A DNA stretch of 64,000 bases, from contig OY253669.1 in assembly GCA_958009085.1 (NCBI GenBank), forward strand, positions 186,001 to 250,000. The letters are read 5' to 3'. The notes below the pieces were generated by a model. It did no database searches and had not been told where the DNA came from. It was given only the letters and a program-made list of their open reading frames with translations. The translations under genes and the position numbers were made by a program. This document shows, one piece after another, positions 1 through 17,391 of this stretch. Position 1 is the stretch's first letter. Every line of letters starts with the position of its first letter. Source of the DNA: Protoeuglena noctilucae (lineage: Eukaryota).

Positions 1-1412
1 GAGGGAGGAGGCGCGGGAGAGGATCGGGAGGTCCGGGTCCCAGGCAAGGGTAGCAGTGGAGGTTGCGGCATGAAGTGATACCGATACGGCAGCTGAGCAT
101 GAAACTGAGACACCTCTCCTTGCCCTCGTGTCGCAGGCGAGGGAGGAGATCGATCGGGTGCTGCGGTCGGCGTCGGCGGAGTCCGAGCGGCTGCGGCGCG
201 ACGCGGACGGCCTGCGCGGGCGGCTGCGGGAGGCGGAGGACGCGCTCGCCTCCGCGCGGGAGGACGCGTCCCGCCGCGCCGAGCGCGTCCGCGTCCTCGA
301 GGAGGAGCTGCGGAGGAGCGGGGACGACCTGGCGGCAGCCTATGAGGCCGTGCGCAGGCACCGTGCCGAGCAGGCCGCGTACCGGGAGGTCGCCGAGCGC
401 GCCGAGATGCTCCAGATGGAGCTGGGGGCGGCGCGGGCGGCCCTCGCGGACGCGCAGGAGCGGCTGGCGCGGTCGGGCGCGGGGGCCATCGGGCGCCGGG
501 GGACCCCCAAGTGGGCGCTCCCCGGCGACGACGTGGGCTACACCGACCAGTACGAGGCGCACCGGGGCGGGCTGCCCGTCTACCCGCGCTTCTCCCCGGA
601 GCGGTAAGGGCGCGCTGGGGCCGCGGTATGGCTGCAGGGGCAGGGGGGTTGACGGGATTGCTTAGCGCATCACAGTCCAGGCCCACCCCATGGTGTTTGG
701 AAATAGATGGCATGTGACATACCATCTGTTGATGCAGAGCGTGAACGTGACGCCTCGCTGCCCACTTGATTGCGCAGGACTCGCGGCACGCGGGACGACG
801 AGCCGGGACCGACGCCGCGGTCGGCGGGGCCCAAGCGTGAGGCTAATGCGGAGGCAGCCGCATCGCCTTCCGGGCGTATGGCCGGCGGGGGCCCCCGGAA
901 CCCCGCGACGCGGAGCCCGTCGGGCCTGCACACGATCGTGCTGGCCAAGGACGCTTTAGGAGTGCGGTGAGTCACGACTGACGTGCACTGCACTGCTGCT
1001 TTTCTGATGCTGTCTGAGAACGCCTGCCCCATCTCCCTCGCAATCGCAAGGGACGTCGCGTCATGTCTTCTATGCATGGGGCTCTCACAGATTCGACGTG
1101 TTGGCTGGACATGGCTCTTAAGTGCATGTCTAATCATGCGCCTGCCCCACCCCTCGCCGCAGGATGGTAGGCGCCTCGCCCCCCAAACGAGAGCAGGCCA
1201 AGATCGAAGAGGAGATGGAAGAGGAGGCGGGGCCGGTTGCACCCCGGCCGCACCGCGTGGCAGCGTCGCCTCTGCGTGGGGCAACGGCGGTGTCAGGCTC
1301 CCCAGGGCAGCGGCACCTGCTGCTGCCCGGCGGCTGGGTGACGGACTATGGCGACGGCATAAGCGTGCCGGACCGGCGGGGGTACGCTTTGGGGGAGCTG
1401 GAGCGGCCGTGA
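1..1412 (+). CDS. Coiled-coil protein of unknown function, 5'-truncated by the window edge (last exons ..603, 778-966, 1163-1412)
   Basis: E/R/A-rich heptad-like ORF. GT donors at 604 and 967 and CAG acceptors at 777 and 1162 join three ORF-track fragments in frame. Stop TGA at 1410-1412. Confidence 0.6.
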
Positions 1413-1626
1413 CGGCCGCGTCGGTAGCCCATACGCGACACACAACACATGCTTGCCACATCGCTTGCGATTTCCCTCCCTCGCTGCATGCCCTTGTGTC
1501 CCTCAAGCGCTGCTCAATTTAATGGCTGCGCGATGGTTCCTACATCAACAGGCGTCTAATGAGACGGAGATCGGGACGCGTTGCGTCTCACCGAAGCGCC
1601 TCGCGACGGGTGCGGGTGCGGGCGGC

Positions 1627-3067
1627 TCAGCGGCGGTTGTCGCGGCGGTCGTCGCGGCGGCGGCGCTGCTGCTCCTGCTCCATGAGGATGACGAGGAGGC
1701 GGATGAAGATGCTCAGCACGTCCGTGAAGAGCTGCATGGCGTCCTTGATCACGCGAGTGGAGAAGGCGTCCGGGACGTGGGACTCCTCGGCGCGGGCGAT
1801 GATGAGCTGCGTGTCGAAGAGAACGTACCCTGCGAGCAAAGCGAGTCGCGTGGGTGGGTTGCGCAGCAGCATCGCAAGACACCAACCAGGCACCCAATCA
1901 TGCACGTGTTGTCAGTCATCTTCCAAGGCCCCGCGGGTGCCGGGACCCGCGCGCCCGCCGCGATGCCGAGGTCGTGCGGCGCTCACCCATGAAGACGGCC
2001 AGCCCAAAGTAGACTTCAATGCTGTGGAAGATGGGCGTGCCCAGGAGACGGCCCAGGAAGGACGAGGCCAGCAGCGACCACACGCCCAGGGACAGGTAGG
2101 ACCCCAGGAAGAGCCAGGAGCGCTTTTGCGACCTGCGGGCGGTTTGAGGGATTGCAAGGTTGCAGGTTGGCCCTTGGGTTGGTGGCGGAGGTGCGGGGGA
2201 GTGGCAGATGCGTGTGGCGAACGACGCAGGGGAGAGGCTCACCGCAGGGCGATGTACGACAGCGTCCCGAAGGTCGCGGCGGTGATGACGGCGGCCGTGG
2301 CGATGATGGACGTGTTCATGAGGGCAGCGAGGGCGAGGAGGGGCGCCGTGATGACGCCCGCCGAGAAAGTCGAGAGCCCGTAGAGCCCGGCGATGATGGG
2401 CATGTCCAAGCCAAACATGGCCTCCCCAATTGACACGAGCACGCTGGAACCGATGAACGCGATCGCCCAGAGCCAGGACGTCGTCGGCACCAGGCTCGCG
2501 TCAGCGCGGCGCAGCGCCGCCTGAGGAGGGACGAGCGAGGCGTCGAAACGATGAATCAGAGGTCGCATGAATCTACGCGAGTGCCGGGGAGACCGGCGAC
2601 GGGCGACGCGCGACGCGCCCTGGCTTCCTCCGGAACGCCCCCCTTACCTTGAACTGGGACGAGTAGAAGTCGCCCGACCAGCAAGCCCCCGCTGCGAAGA
2701 CAAGGATCCCAGCCAGAACCGTCAGGTACACCCTCTGGAGGTGGCGAGACACGGCCGGGCTTCTGCGAGCAGGGAGCATGAAAGCACGGTACAGAATGAA
2801 GAATGCAGCGCTCAGAATGCAGCGGGCCGGACACAATCGGCAATGTGAGAGCAACAGGACGCAGAATCTGCATGTGTGCGTTCGCTTCTGCGTCGGGGGA
2901 CCAGCCAGGACATGCGGAAGCGACCCGGAGGCCACTCACATGTCGTGCGTCTCGAAGATTGCCCCCATCTTGATCCCCTCGCGACCGAAAATGCCGCCCA
3001 TGGGCCCGGCTGGCCCGGCGGGCCGTGCGGGCCCGGCGAAGTGCCGGGGCCGCGGGGCGCCGTACAT
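1627..3067 (-). CDS. BI-1: Bax inhibitor-1 (TMBIM) family membrane protein, multi-exon
   Basis: Exons encode VSRHLQRVYLTV, AAVITAATFGTLSYIAL, RSWLFLGSYLS, IEVYFGLAVF and GYVLFDTQLIIARAE...LFTDVLSIFIRLLVILM followed by a basic tail. The start ATG is at 3067 or at the in-frame 3001. Confidence 0.88.
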
Positions 3068-3259
3068 GCTTCAGCAATCCGTGGCTTGCAGGCTGGGCGG
3101 CTTCGAATGCTCTGGCTCCAGATGCCTCGTTGCGATCGAAAGTGGCTGGCGAGTGCATTGGCGCCGGCTTACTATGCGCTATCTGCCTGCGCAATACCCT
3201 CTACTGACGCTGGAACACGTGGCAGGGCTCCAGAGCCATTCACGATGGACTAGCAGGAG

Positions 3260-4522
3260 TTAGCTAGCTCCTGGCCGCGCAGCATACTCTGGGCGCGGGT
3301 TGGTGGAAAAGTGCCTCCCCTCCGGCACGCCCAGCCAAAGGTCGGGGGCCACGCCGCCCTCGCGAATCATCCCGGCCTGTGTGATCTGAGCCCCGTCGTC
3401 CTTGGTGGCAGTGTTCTCGGGTTTGCCCTTGGAGAGCAGGTTTACCTGGTGGGCCACGTCCCAGCCACTGACCACCTCCCCAAAGACTGGGAGCGGGGGT
3501 GGAGCGGGGCAGGTGGAGCGGGGTATGTGGGGTAATGTGAAATGGAGCCACAGTCCCACCCGTTCGCAGAACGGGCGGGCTGTGCCTGTGCACCGTGGCC
3601 CCTCGCTCACTTGTGTAGTGGCCGTTCAGATGCGGGGCGGGCGCCTGCATGATGCTGAAGTGGGACGTGTTGCTGTCGGGTCCGATGTTTGCCATGGACA
3701 GAAGACCCTTGCGGTCGTGCACGAGCGCCAGTCCGCCTGCGCAGCGAGCGGCAACGTGGGAGAACCGTCGTGCCAGCAAAGCGCCCCGCACAGCTGACAC
3801 AGGGTGGCGCCAACAGCAGCCGTGCCCGCTCACCAGGGTCGTCCATGAACCACCCCCCGAAGGCCGACTCGGTGTTGGCGCCTGCCTGGTCGATGAACTG
3901 GTCGATGATGCGGTAGAAGTAGCTCCCGGTAAACGACAGGGCGTTCCCCGCGCCCTCGCGGCCCTGGGGCACGACGCCCTTCTCGCCCGTGCACAAAAGC
4001 CGGAAATTCTCCGCCGCTCTGGGGCTCACGTCCGTGAAGAGCACCATCTCGATGCGGCCCTGGGCCTGGCCCTTGATGGACACGTCGAAGTAGACCAACG
4101 GGTAGCGGGGGTCCTCGCGGAGGCGCTGCAGCCGGGCCTCCTCGACGGTGAGGCGCGCGCTCCCCGGCAAGCTCGGGGTCGGGACGCTCTGCAGCGCCCC
4201 GGGCTCCAGACCCCGCGGAAGCGGGAGGGCGGGGTTCCGTTTACGAATCTTGACGTCGACCACGTCGGACCTGGCCAGGCCGTGCATCCAGTGGAGCCTG
4301 CAGGCCAGCGTCGCGCCCATTCGCATGATGTGCGCCTCACATTGCTGATTTCGAGGCGAACAACTCAGCATCGCGGTTGCAAGCAGACCTGTACATCGCG
4401 AGGAGGCCGAGGATGTCGACGAGGACGAGCGCGGCGACGGCGATGGGTCGGAGACGACGCCCTGCGCTGCTCCGCTCGATGGTCTTGGCCCTGCCGGGCT
4501 GCACCCGCGGCAGGCGCGGCAT
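3260..4522 (-). CDS. Cyclophilin-type PPIase with N-terminal membrane anchor and a divergent active site
   Basis: VYFDVSIKGQAQGRIEMVLF...PRAAENFRLLCTGEKG, FYRIIDQF, KGLLSMANIGPDSNTSHFSI and HLNGHYTVFGEVVSG. Hydrophobic IAVAALVLVDILGLLAMY near the N-terminus. Confidence 0.88.
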
Positions 4523-4881
4523 CCTATTCCTATAATCTCAACCTGCAGCGGCCTCGCATCGCCTGCGCAGAAACGCGCGGGCCGCGCGCGTCGACCGGGT
4601 CTCCGGCACGACACACGAATGCGAATGCGAGGGAGCAAGGGGGCAGGGGAGCAATCGCTGCGCTCTTGAAAAGCTAATTCACTTCAACCCGTGCCAGTTC
4701 AATATCGTTGTGAAAAGCGCCAACGCATCGCTTGAACGCTTGATCGTCGCGAGCCTGGCATTGCGGCACAATTGCGTATCGCCACCTCTGCCTCTCACAG
4801 TTTGCTGCGTCGTGTGGAACGAGCGACGTCGACGTCACGCTGGGCATGGCCCCCGTCGGGAGCTCCATGTGCCACAGCGAG

Positions 4882-6875
<1,994 letters not shown>

Positions 6876-7184
6876 TCAAGATCTGTGGTGCCAGGATCCG
6901 AGGGCCCGAAGAAGTTGTGCACGTCAGGCTGGGTAGTGCCCCGGGCCAGTTCTGGGCTGATGCTCGACCCACTGCCCACCCCATCCCACCCCATCCTGCC
7001 TCGCTTTCAATGTCGATGGAGTGGCAGTGTTATCTGCAACTGTAGATGCCCTTGTTTCTTGTTGCGTGCCCAATGCACAGCTGTGGGCTTGACGTCTGAG
7101 ACTCTTTCTGCGTGGAACGTCCGACTGTGATTGCGGGGGCGAGGGGGAGGACGGGCCTCCCCGGGGAGGGTGGGTTTGGTCTCC

Positions 7185-8191
7185 ATGCCGCCAAATGGAA
7201 CGGCGCAAGGGGGGGGGGGCGATGGCGTGGTCAAGTCGAAGGGCGCTGCGCTCATTTCGAGGGCGATTGAGGCGCAGAAGGAGGGAAGGCTTCGAGACAG
7301 GGTTCTGAAGGCGAGCGGCAGCCTTGCGAATTTTCAGCAAGCATCTGCCTGCTGCACGTCGATGCCGCAGTTGGCAAGGCTGAGCTTCTTTGCCTGCTGT
7401 CTTGATACCGTAATGCCACCATCGCCGCGCTTTGACGGCCATCCGCAGGCCAACCAGCCTCCTGAGCTGTCACCACTGTCCCTTCTCGTGGACGCCATCT
7501 CGGGCGCGGTGAAGCCACAGGGAGAGCCCGGATGCGACCACACGCCCCTCGACCGTGTGGTCAACGTGGTCACGTCCATTCCGTACGTGGCTGTGGGGGT
7601 GCACAACATGCGCAACCGGGAGACCAAGGCGGGCCAGCTCTACGGTGCGTGTATGCTGGCCGTGGGCGTCGCGGCGGCCGCCTATCACGCGACGAGCGAC
7701 AAGACGTGGCGACCGTGGATGCGCCGCCTCGACTACTGGACCATCTGCATCACAGCCACGTCCCTGACGCGTGCCGTGTACCAGCGCGCTCCGCCCGCCC
7801 TCTCCTGGGCGTCCTACTGCCTAGGTGACGGTCGGCGTAAGCCGCAGCAGTGCTGTCCAGCCCGCTGCAGCAAAAGCGCCAGCCGCACGCGACCCCACGT
7901 GACCGTGACACTGCCCCATGCTTCGCTGCAGTGCCGTTTGAGCCCTTCAAGCTCAGCGTCGGAAACACCATCGGTATGGAGATCGCCTTCCTCTGGCGCG
8001 CCATCCGCCGGCCCCACCTGCGCCGCCCCTTCGCAGTGCACGCGGCGTCCAGCGCCGCCGGCATCACGGTCTTTGCGGTTGAAGAGATGTTCCCAAAGAC
8101 GCCCTTCGTCCATGCGGTCTGGCACTGCCTCGCTGCGGTGGGCGCCGCTTCCACGGGGGCTCTCCTTGCGGACGTCGAGGTGAGGGACTAG
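7185..8191 (+). CDS. CREST-superfamily (alkaline ceramidase/PAQR-like) multi-pass membrane protein
   Basis: NVVTSIPYVAVG, AAAAYHAT, RRLDYWTI and VHAVWHCLAA give the S..H / D / HxxWH-type motifs. One intron at about 7825-7930. Stop TAG at 8189-8191. Confidence 0.65.
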
Positions 8192-8496
8192 CTTGGTTCC
8201 CTAGCAGGGGCGAGCGCTGTGGCAGCTGCAGACGAGCCCATCGACACTCCCAACCGACCACCGGCTAACTCCTCTGTGGACGCAGAGGGATCTCCGGCAG
8301 CGGAGGGACGCGGGGTCCAAGAGCCTGGACCTGTTGTTTCCGCCACAGCAAAGGACGACCGACGCGTTGCAGTGACACGCCAGAGGCACGCGCTAGTCGT
8401 GAAAGCGGCGTGAGGCTCCAAGTCGATCCAGTTACGCTCCGTTTCTCTCTCCGTCCCCTCGCGCCCCGGACCTGCCATTGAACTCAGCCCGTGTGG

Positions 8497-9481
8497 ATGG
8501 GACAGGCACGGCCAGGACAGACGCCGTGGCTTGTTGGTGTGGCACTGCTCCTCGCTTCAGGCGCAACGGTCGCTTGGGCCAGGGAGATCGTCGTGTCTCC
8601 TGCGGACCGAGAGCACGCTTTCCCCGGTGGGTATAAGCGCGCATGTGCTCGGATGCGCCGCGCACATCACGGGCAGCATACCAGGCCGCCGTGCGTGCAG
8701 GCTATCGGGAGCTCGAGCCTGGGGCTTCCGAGCATCTAAAATGCGTCGATGTGAATAACCTCTGTGCCGACTGGGCCTCGCGGGGGGAATGCCAGCGCAA
8801 CCCGGGGTACATGCTCGAAAAGTGCCCGCTTTCGTGCCACGCGTGCGATGAGGGCGAAGGGCGGGCAACACCCGCTGCAGAGGAAGGGCTTGTGGCGAAC
8901 AGGCTCGATGCGCGCAGCAGCGAAGGGACGGTTTTGGTGCTGACGACGTCCGCGGGTGCACTGCGCATACGCGTCCGCCCAGCGGCGTCCGACGTCGCAG
9001 GCGCCATTCAAAAGCAAGCTCCGTGCACGAAGTGTGCGTTTTACCGCGCGGAGCTGCCTGCAGACCTCGGCGAGTGCGCATGTCCTGCGATAAGTGTGTG
9101 CCAGTGCCTTGAGCCCAACCGTCCAGACACCGCAAATTCGAGTCCCCCCCAGGGTCTGCCGGGCCTCCCTATGGCCTGCTCCAAGGGCGCTTCGCGTCGC
9201 CGGTGTTTCCCGCCAAAGGTCCGGCTCTGGGGCCCCTGACGGGCGATGCTGCGCTGGGTGCGGTGAGCGGCATCCCGGGGACAGGCGACTGGTTCGTCCA
9301 CTTACAAGGCCATCCAGGCTGGGCAGGGGGCTTCGTGGAGCTGGGCCACGTGCTGCAAGAGGACATGGCATTGGCCTACAAGCTAGCGCTGCTCTCCACC
9401 CACGAGGTGACGCATCCCGACTTCGGCACCAAGATGCGGATGCTGGACGAGGAAGTCCCTTTCCGCATTGGCGAGGACTAG
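8497..9481 (+). CDS. Secreted protein with a ShKT domain plus a divergent cyclophilin-like domain
   Basis: Signal peptide WLVGVALLLASGATVAWA. ShKT pattern CVDVNNLCADWASRGECQRNPGYMLEKCPLSCHAC. Followed by LTTSAGALRI, CAFYRAE, GPPYGLLQG and WFVHLQGHPGW..FVELGHV. Confidence 0.72.
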
Positions 9482-9662
9482 TGCATTCAGTGTCGCCAAG
9501 CCAGCTGGGCTAGAACCCGCGGGGGACATGAATGCTTGGAGTGGCTAGCCGTGCAGCTGCGGCAACGTGTGTGGTCGGTCGTATCAAAACGCAAGAATCC
9601 GAGGAAGGATGTTAGCACCAGGCGCGCCGGATGCGCAGGACGGCCCAGGAAAAGGGCTTCGC

Positions 9663-12746
<3,084 letters not shown>

Positions 12747-13204
12747 CACGCGATGCGCGAGGCGCCAGCGATGACGGGAGAAGACGCTACACCAGGCTTG
12801 GGGTCAACGCAGGGACGCGCCGCGGCAGCCGTGACTGCAACCAGCGGGTCCTAGTTGGTCACGAGGTGACGAAGAATGGCAGAATGATGCCTGGCGTGCC
12901 GCTGGTGAGACGCCGCCGCGCCAAACCCTAGCTGACTGGCGACTGGCGCGAGCGAAGTGCCTGAATAGCTGCTGTTGTTCGCCTGGTCGCTGTAGTCGTG
13001 ACCTTGCGTACCTGAGCAATCGCATCTGCTGCTGGGATTGTTTTCACGGCTGCGCGAACCGGATACACTGGCCCCTGCGCTTCCTGCTGCGCTCCCAGCT
13101 GCCTCAACGGTCCTCGCGCTCGCTTTTGGCCATCTCCCGGTACGTTTGCTGTTCATCTGAAGAGGCAGAGGAAGAGGCTTGGAAAACAAGCCCGGGGAGG
13201 GGTG

Positions 13205-15086
13205 ATGGCGGCAGCCGTCGGCGCATGGGCGTGGACTGCGCCTCCCGCGCGCCTCCCGCGCCGGATGGCCTCTAGGGAGCCACTGCGGATGACGATGATG
13301 TCGGCAGCTGCCATCGACCGGGTCGGGTCCCTGCGAGGAGAGGTGGAGGAGGCCATTACCGCCACGCTCGACCGCTGCATCACGACCACCGACCTTGGCG
13401 TGGGGAAGAAGCGGCAGGTGGGGCCACCTGCCGCGTACTTGCCTCGATGATCCATCTGGCAAGGTGTTGCCGCATGAACCCAGGTCTCGCTTAGCTAGAA
13501 CCCCGACCTCCTGTTTGGTTATGTCGCCACAGGGGAAGGTTCGCGACACATACGACGCAGGGGACGTCATGGTGATCGTGACGACGGATCGGCAGTCGGC
13601 CTTCGACCGCATCCTGGCCGCCGTGCCTTTCAAGGTGTGGCTGGAGTGCAGCGGTCGCATGACCGATACCATACCCACTACTCGGACGCCAATCTCACAA
13701 GTAAGCCATGCAACCGGTGAGCTCCACCCCGTGCCTCTCGTCGACACTTCCTCGCCCTTTTGTGGGAATGCAGGGCCAGGTTCTGAACCAGACGTCCGCC
13801 TGGTGGATGAAGCATACCTCCCACATTGTGCAGAACGCATTGCTATCCACTCCGGACTCCAACATCGCCGTCATGCGCAAGTGCTCTGTCCTCCCTGGTG
13901 AGCACGAGCCTCGTTGCATAAGCAACAGCCTACGTGCGCTCGCCCACGCACCCTGGTACTTTCAGGGAAGTCCTTCAGCCAGCTGCCGCTGATCTGCCTA
14001 TCCACATCAGTAGAACATCAGTAAACATGGCCTTTCATGGATAGAGTAAAAACCTCTTTGTGCCCTTTGCAGTCGAGGTGGTCGTGCGGGGCTACATGAC
14101 GGGGTCCACGTCCACCTCCCTCTGGACGCACTACTCCAGGGGAGAGCGCAACTACTGCGGCAACGCCTTCCCCGATGGCCTGCGGAAGAATGACAGGCTG
14201 CCGGAGAACGTGATCACCCCGACGACCAAGGCAAGCGTCAGCAACTCTCCCCTGCGCATGGCGGGGCGGCGTGGCAGTGACCCCCGGCCAGCGTGGCGTG
14301 ACTCGCCGGCTTCCTCGCTCTGCAGTCCGAGGACCACGACATGCCCATCTCGCCGCAAGAGATTCTGTCAGGGGGCCTCCTGACAGCGGGCCAGTGGGCC
14401 ACCGTGTCAGCTGCGGCGCTGGAGCTGTTCCGTTTCGGCCAGGAGGAAGCCGCCAAGCGTGGGCTCATCCTCGTGGACACCAAGGTGGGGTGCTTGGGGA
14501 GGGAGCGCCATTTTATGCTCCCGTTGTGAGAGCTGCCCGCGCGCAGCTTTGCATAATGGATGTGGGAGCAGAGCTTTATCGTTGCATCACTAGCGGATGT
14601 GGCCGATGATGATGAGACACAGCGCGGGTCGCTTTCCCGCGCAGTACGAGTTCGGGCTCTCGCCCACCGGCGAAGTGCTGCTGATCGACGAGATCCACAC
14701 GCCCGACTCGAGCCGCTACTGGCTGGCCAGCACCTACGAGGAGCGTCACGCGGCCGGAAAGGAGCCAGAAAACATCGACAAGGAGTTCCTGCGGCTGTGG
14801 TTCAAGGACAATTGCGGTGAGAACCACGCTGCGGCGCCGAGGGTGAGGGGGTCGCTTCCTTGTGCATTATTGCACGCCCTCGACTCGCCTGGTGACTCTT
14901 TTTGCCGCAGATCCCTACAACGACAAGGTTTTGCCGGAGGCCCCTCGCGAGCTGGTCACCGAGCTGTCGCGCCGCTACGTTCAGCTGTACGAGATGATCA
15001 CGGGGGAGAGCTTCGTCCTCCCGGACCTGGCCCTGGACCCCGGGACGCGCATGAAGGCCGCAATTAAGGGCGCGGGTCTGGCCTGA
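13205..15086 (+). CDS. purC: SAICAR synthetase (phosphoribosylaminoimidazole-succinocarboxamide synthase), organelle-targeted
   Basis: [83 protein letters not shown] and DKEFLRLWF. Confidence 0.96.
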
Positions 15087-15279
15087 CCCGGCGGCTGCGG
15101 CGGTCGGGCAAACGTATCGTGCTGTGCCTGCCAGTCCCCTTCTTGCGCCTCGCTGCCAGCGAGCATTTCAATCTCAACTCTCACGCGTCGCATGTGATCT
15201 ACATGCGCGTCTCGCACGCCTCTCTCGGCCGCATTTGAGGCGTCGAAGTGGTTATTGGCTTGAAGCGTCGTCCTGGCCC

Positions 15280-17237
15280 ATGGCAAGCTTGCCGATGGGC
15301 GCTTCGGCGCTCGGAGCGCCGGGCGGGAGGCTGTCGCAGCGGCGGCAGGGGCCGGCAGGCCTTCATCTCCCCAGCGTCCTGCGCGCGAGGGTAGGGGGGC
15401 CTGCGCTTCCACCCCGGATCGTAGCGAGGAGTTCTGCGGGAGCAGCGGTGGACGTGCCTTCGGCAGGGAGCGGTGGCAGCACGTGAGGGAGCATTTCGTC
15501 GGCCCTGGCGGCCCGGCGAGGGCGAGGCTTTGGCGCTGCAACACGCAACGTGTCGAACAAAGCGCCTGGATGACGTGCGTGGCAAAACGCCCCCGGCGTC
15601 GCGGTGTTTTGGTCCAAACTGGGCAGGGACCCCTTAAAGCCGGGTTTGCGCCGTCCTAAACGAAGCGATCCCTCTTTCTGCCGTTGCGATGGAGTGTCGT
15701 TGAGGGGAAGAGCCGGGATAGCGGTTCGTGGGGGTGCGGACGGGATGCCGGCGCCCTAGCAGCGTGCCAGGGTTGTTAGGTGGCCCGTGAGGGAGATTCT
15801 GTGCTTAACTCCCCGCCATCTCTCGCGCGCAGTGGAGGGACCAATGGTGGAAGTGGTGGCGGGGGTGGGGGCGGTGGCGGAGGCGGCGGGGCCGGGAAAG
15901 GGGGCCGCGACGCGCTGCTGGCCATTCTCGCAGCTGCAGGTGCGCCCGCGCACGATTCCGCGGCCGTGAGACGGCCCACGACCCCGATCTGCGACGTTGT
16001 TGTCGGAGCTGCCAGCTCTGCGGGGCCTTCACCTCCTGCTTCCTCGCCCTGCGCTGCAGGGCGCACGATTGAGTCCCTGCCGGCCGACATCGCCGCGGCC
16101 GTCGAGTCCGCCAAGATATCGCCCAAGCTTCTCGAGCGTTTCCTCGCCCTCGACGCGAGCGTGTTCCTCAAGCCCTTCCTGGCCATCCAGGGCTTCCGTG
16201 AGCGTCTCATGGCGGACCCGACCTTTTTCGCCAAGGTGCCGGGCTCTGCCAGCGCCCTCCGGCCCCTTCACGGCTCTCCTTGGCGCCGCTGACGCCCACG
16301 CGCGCCGGCGCTCGCAGGTGGGCATCGAGTGCGGCATCGGTGTGCTGACGAAGTCCACGGCTGAGTTTGCGAGGCGCGGGGAGAACTTTCCCAAGGAGCT
16401 CGACTTCGTGGCTGCCAACATCATCATGGCGTTGCTCGCGGACTTCATGCTCGTGTGGCTCCCGGCGCCCACCTTCGCGCCCATGCGGGCCTCGGCAAGC
16501 GCGTCGTCCTCCGCCCTCGCCCGCTACCTGGCTGCTTGCCCAGAGAACGCGTTCCAGAAGGTCCCTTACGGCACGACTCCCTTTACCCTCGCTCAGCGCG
16601 CCACCGCTGTCCTCCGGTGAGCGCTCATGGCACAGCACGTCGCATCGCGTTGGGCTGGCCAGCCCCGACCTTGCTGCTGCAATGCGCCTCCCCGCCGCGC
16701 GCCCAGGAACGGCACCAAACTTCTCGGCGTGGGGTTCGCTGCCTCGATGGTGGGCGTCGTGGCCACCAACACCCTCATCGCCGTCCGCAAGGCCCTCGAC
16801 CCCTCGTTTAAGACGCTCAACCCGCCCCAGGACCCGCTCGCGACCTCGGCTCTCTACGGCCTCTACATGGCCTCCTCCTCCAATATTCGCTACCAGATCC
16901 TCGCTGGGGTGCTGGAGGAGCGCATCGTCGAGACGGTCCTCTCGGGCAAGCCGGGTCTCACCACGGCCATTTCCTTCATCCTCCGGACCGGCAACACCTT
17001 CCTGGGCTCCCTCCTCTGGGTCGATTTCGTGCGCCTGTTCGGGATGCAGAAGGCGAGCACCGTGCGCCGGTCATGCGTGCTGCGGCCTCTCCGTGTGCTG
17101 GAAGGCAGCCCTGAAATTCGTCCAAGGCTTATATGCAGGCCAAAACAAATGAGGTCAAGGCACCTGCGCCGAGCACGAGCGCCGCCAAGGGGTCCGCCAA
17201 GGCCCCGGCCAAGGCCGAGCCCGCCATGAGGAAGTGA
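15280..17237 (+). CDS. RETICULATA-related (DUF3411) chloroplast envelope protein
   Basis: Transit-like start MASLPMGAS..., poly-Gly tract, ESLPADIAAA, GFRERLMADPTFFAKVGIECGIG, ELDFVAAN...ADFMLVWLPAP, CPENAFQ and SSNIRYQILAGVLE. The 5' exon structure is uncertain. Confidence 0.85.
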
Positions 17238-17391
17238 CGGGCGACGCATGGTTAGAGCATTCAAATCGGGGTGCCCGCCCGCCGCTGCCGCCGAGCCAAG
17301 GGGCTCTCGTCTACGGGGCTTGACCGGCGCATGCATTGAATCTCGCCACACATCACTGGCCTGCCGTCCCGACAGTCGCGCTCCCTGGGCC

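Noticed and set aside
13995..14060. AT-rich patch with a short direct repeat (ACATCAGTA x2) in a purC intron
   Set aside because: It is too short, with no terminal inverted repeats or target-site duplication to call a mobile element.
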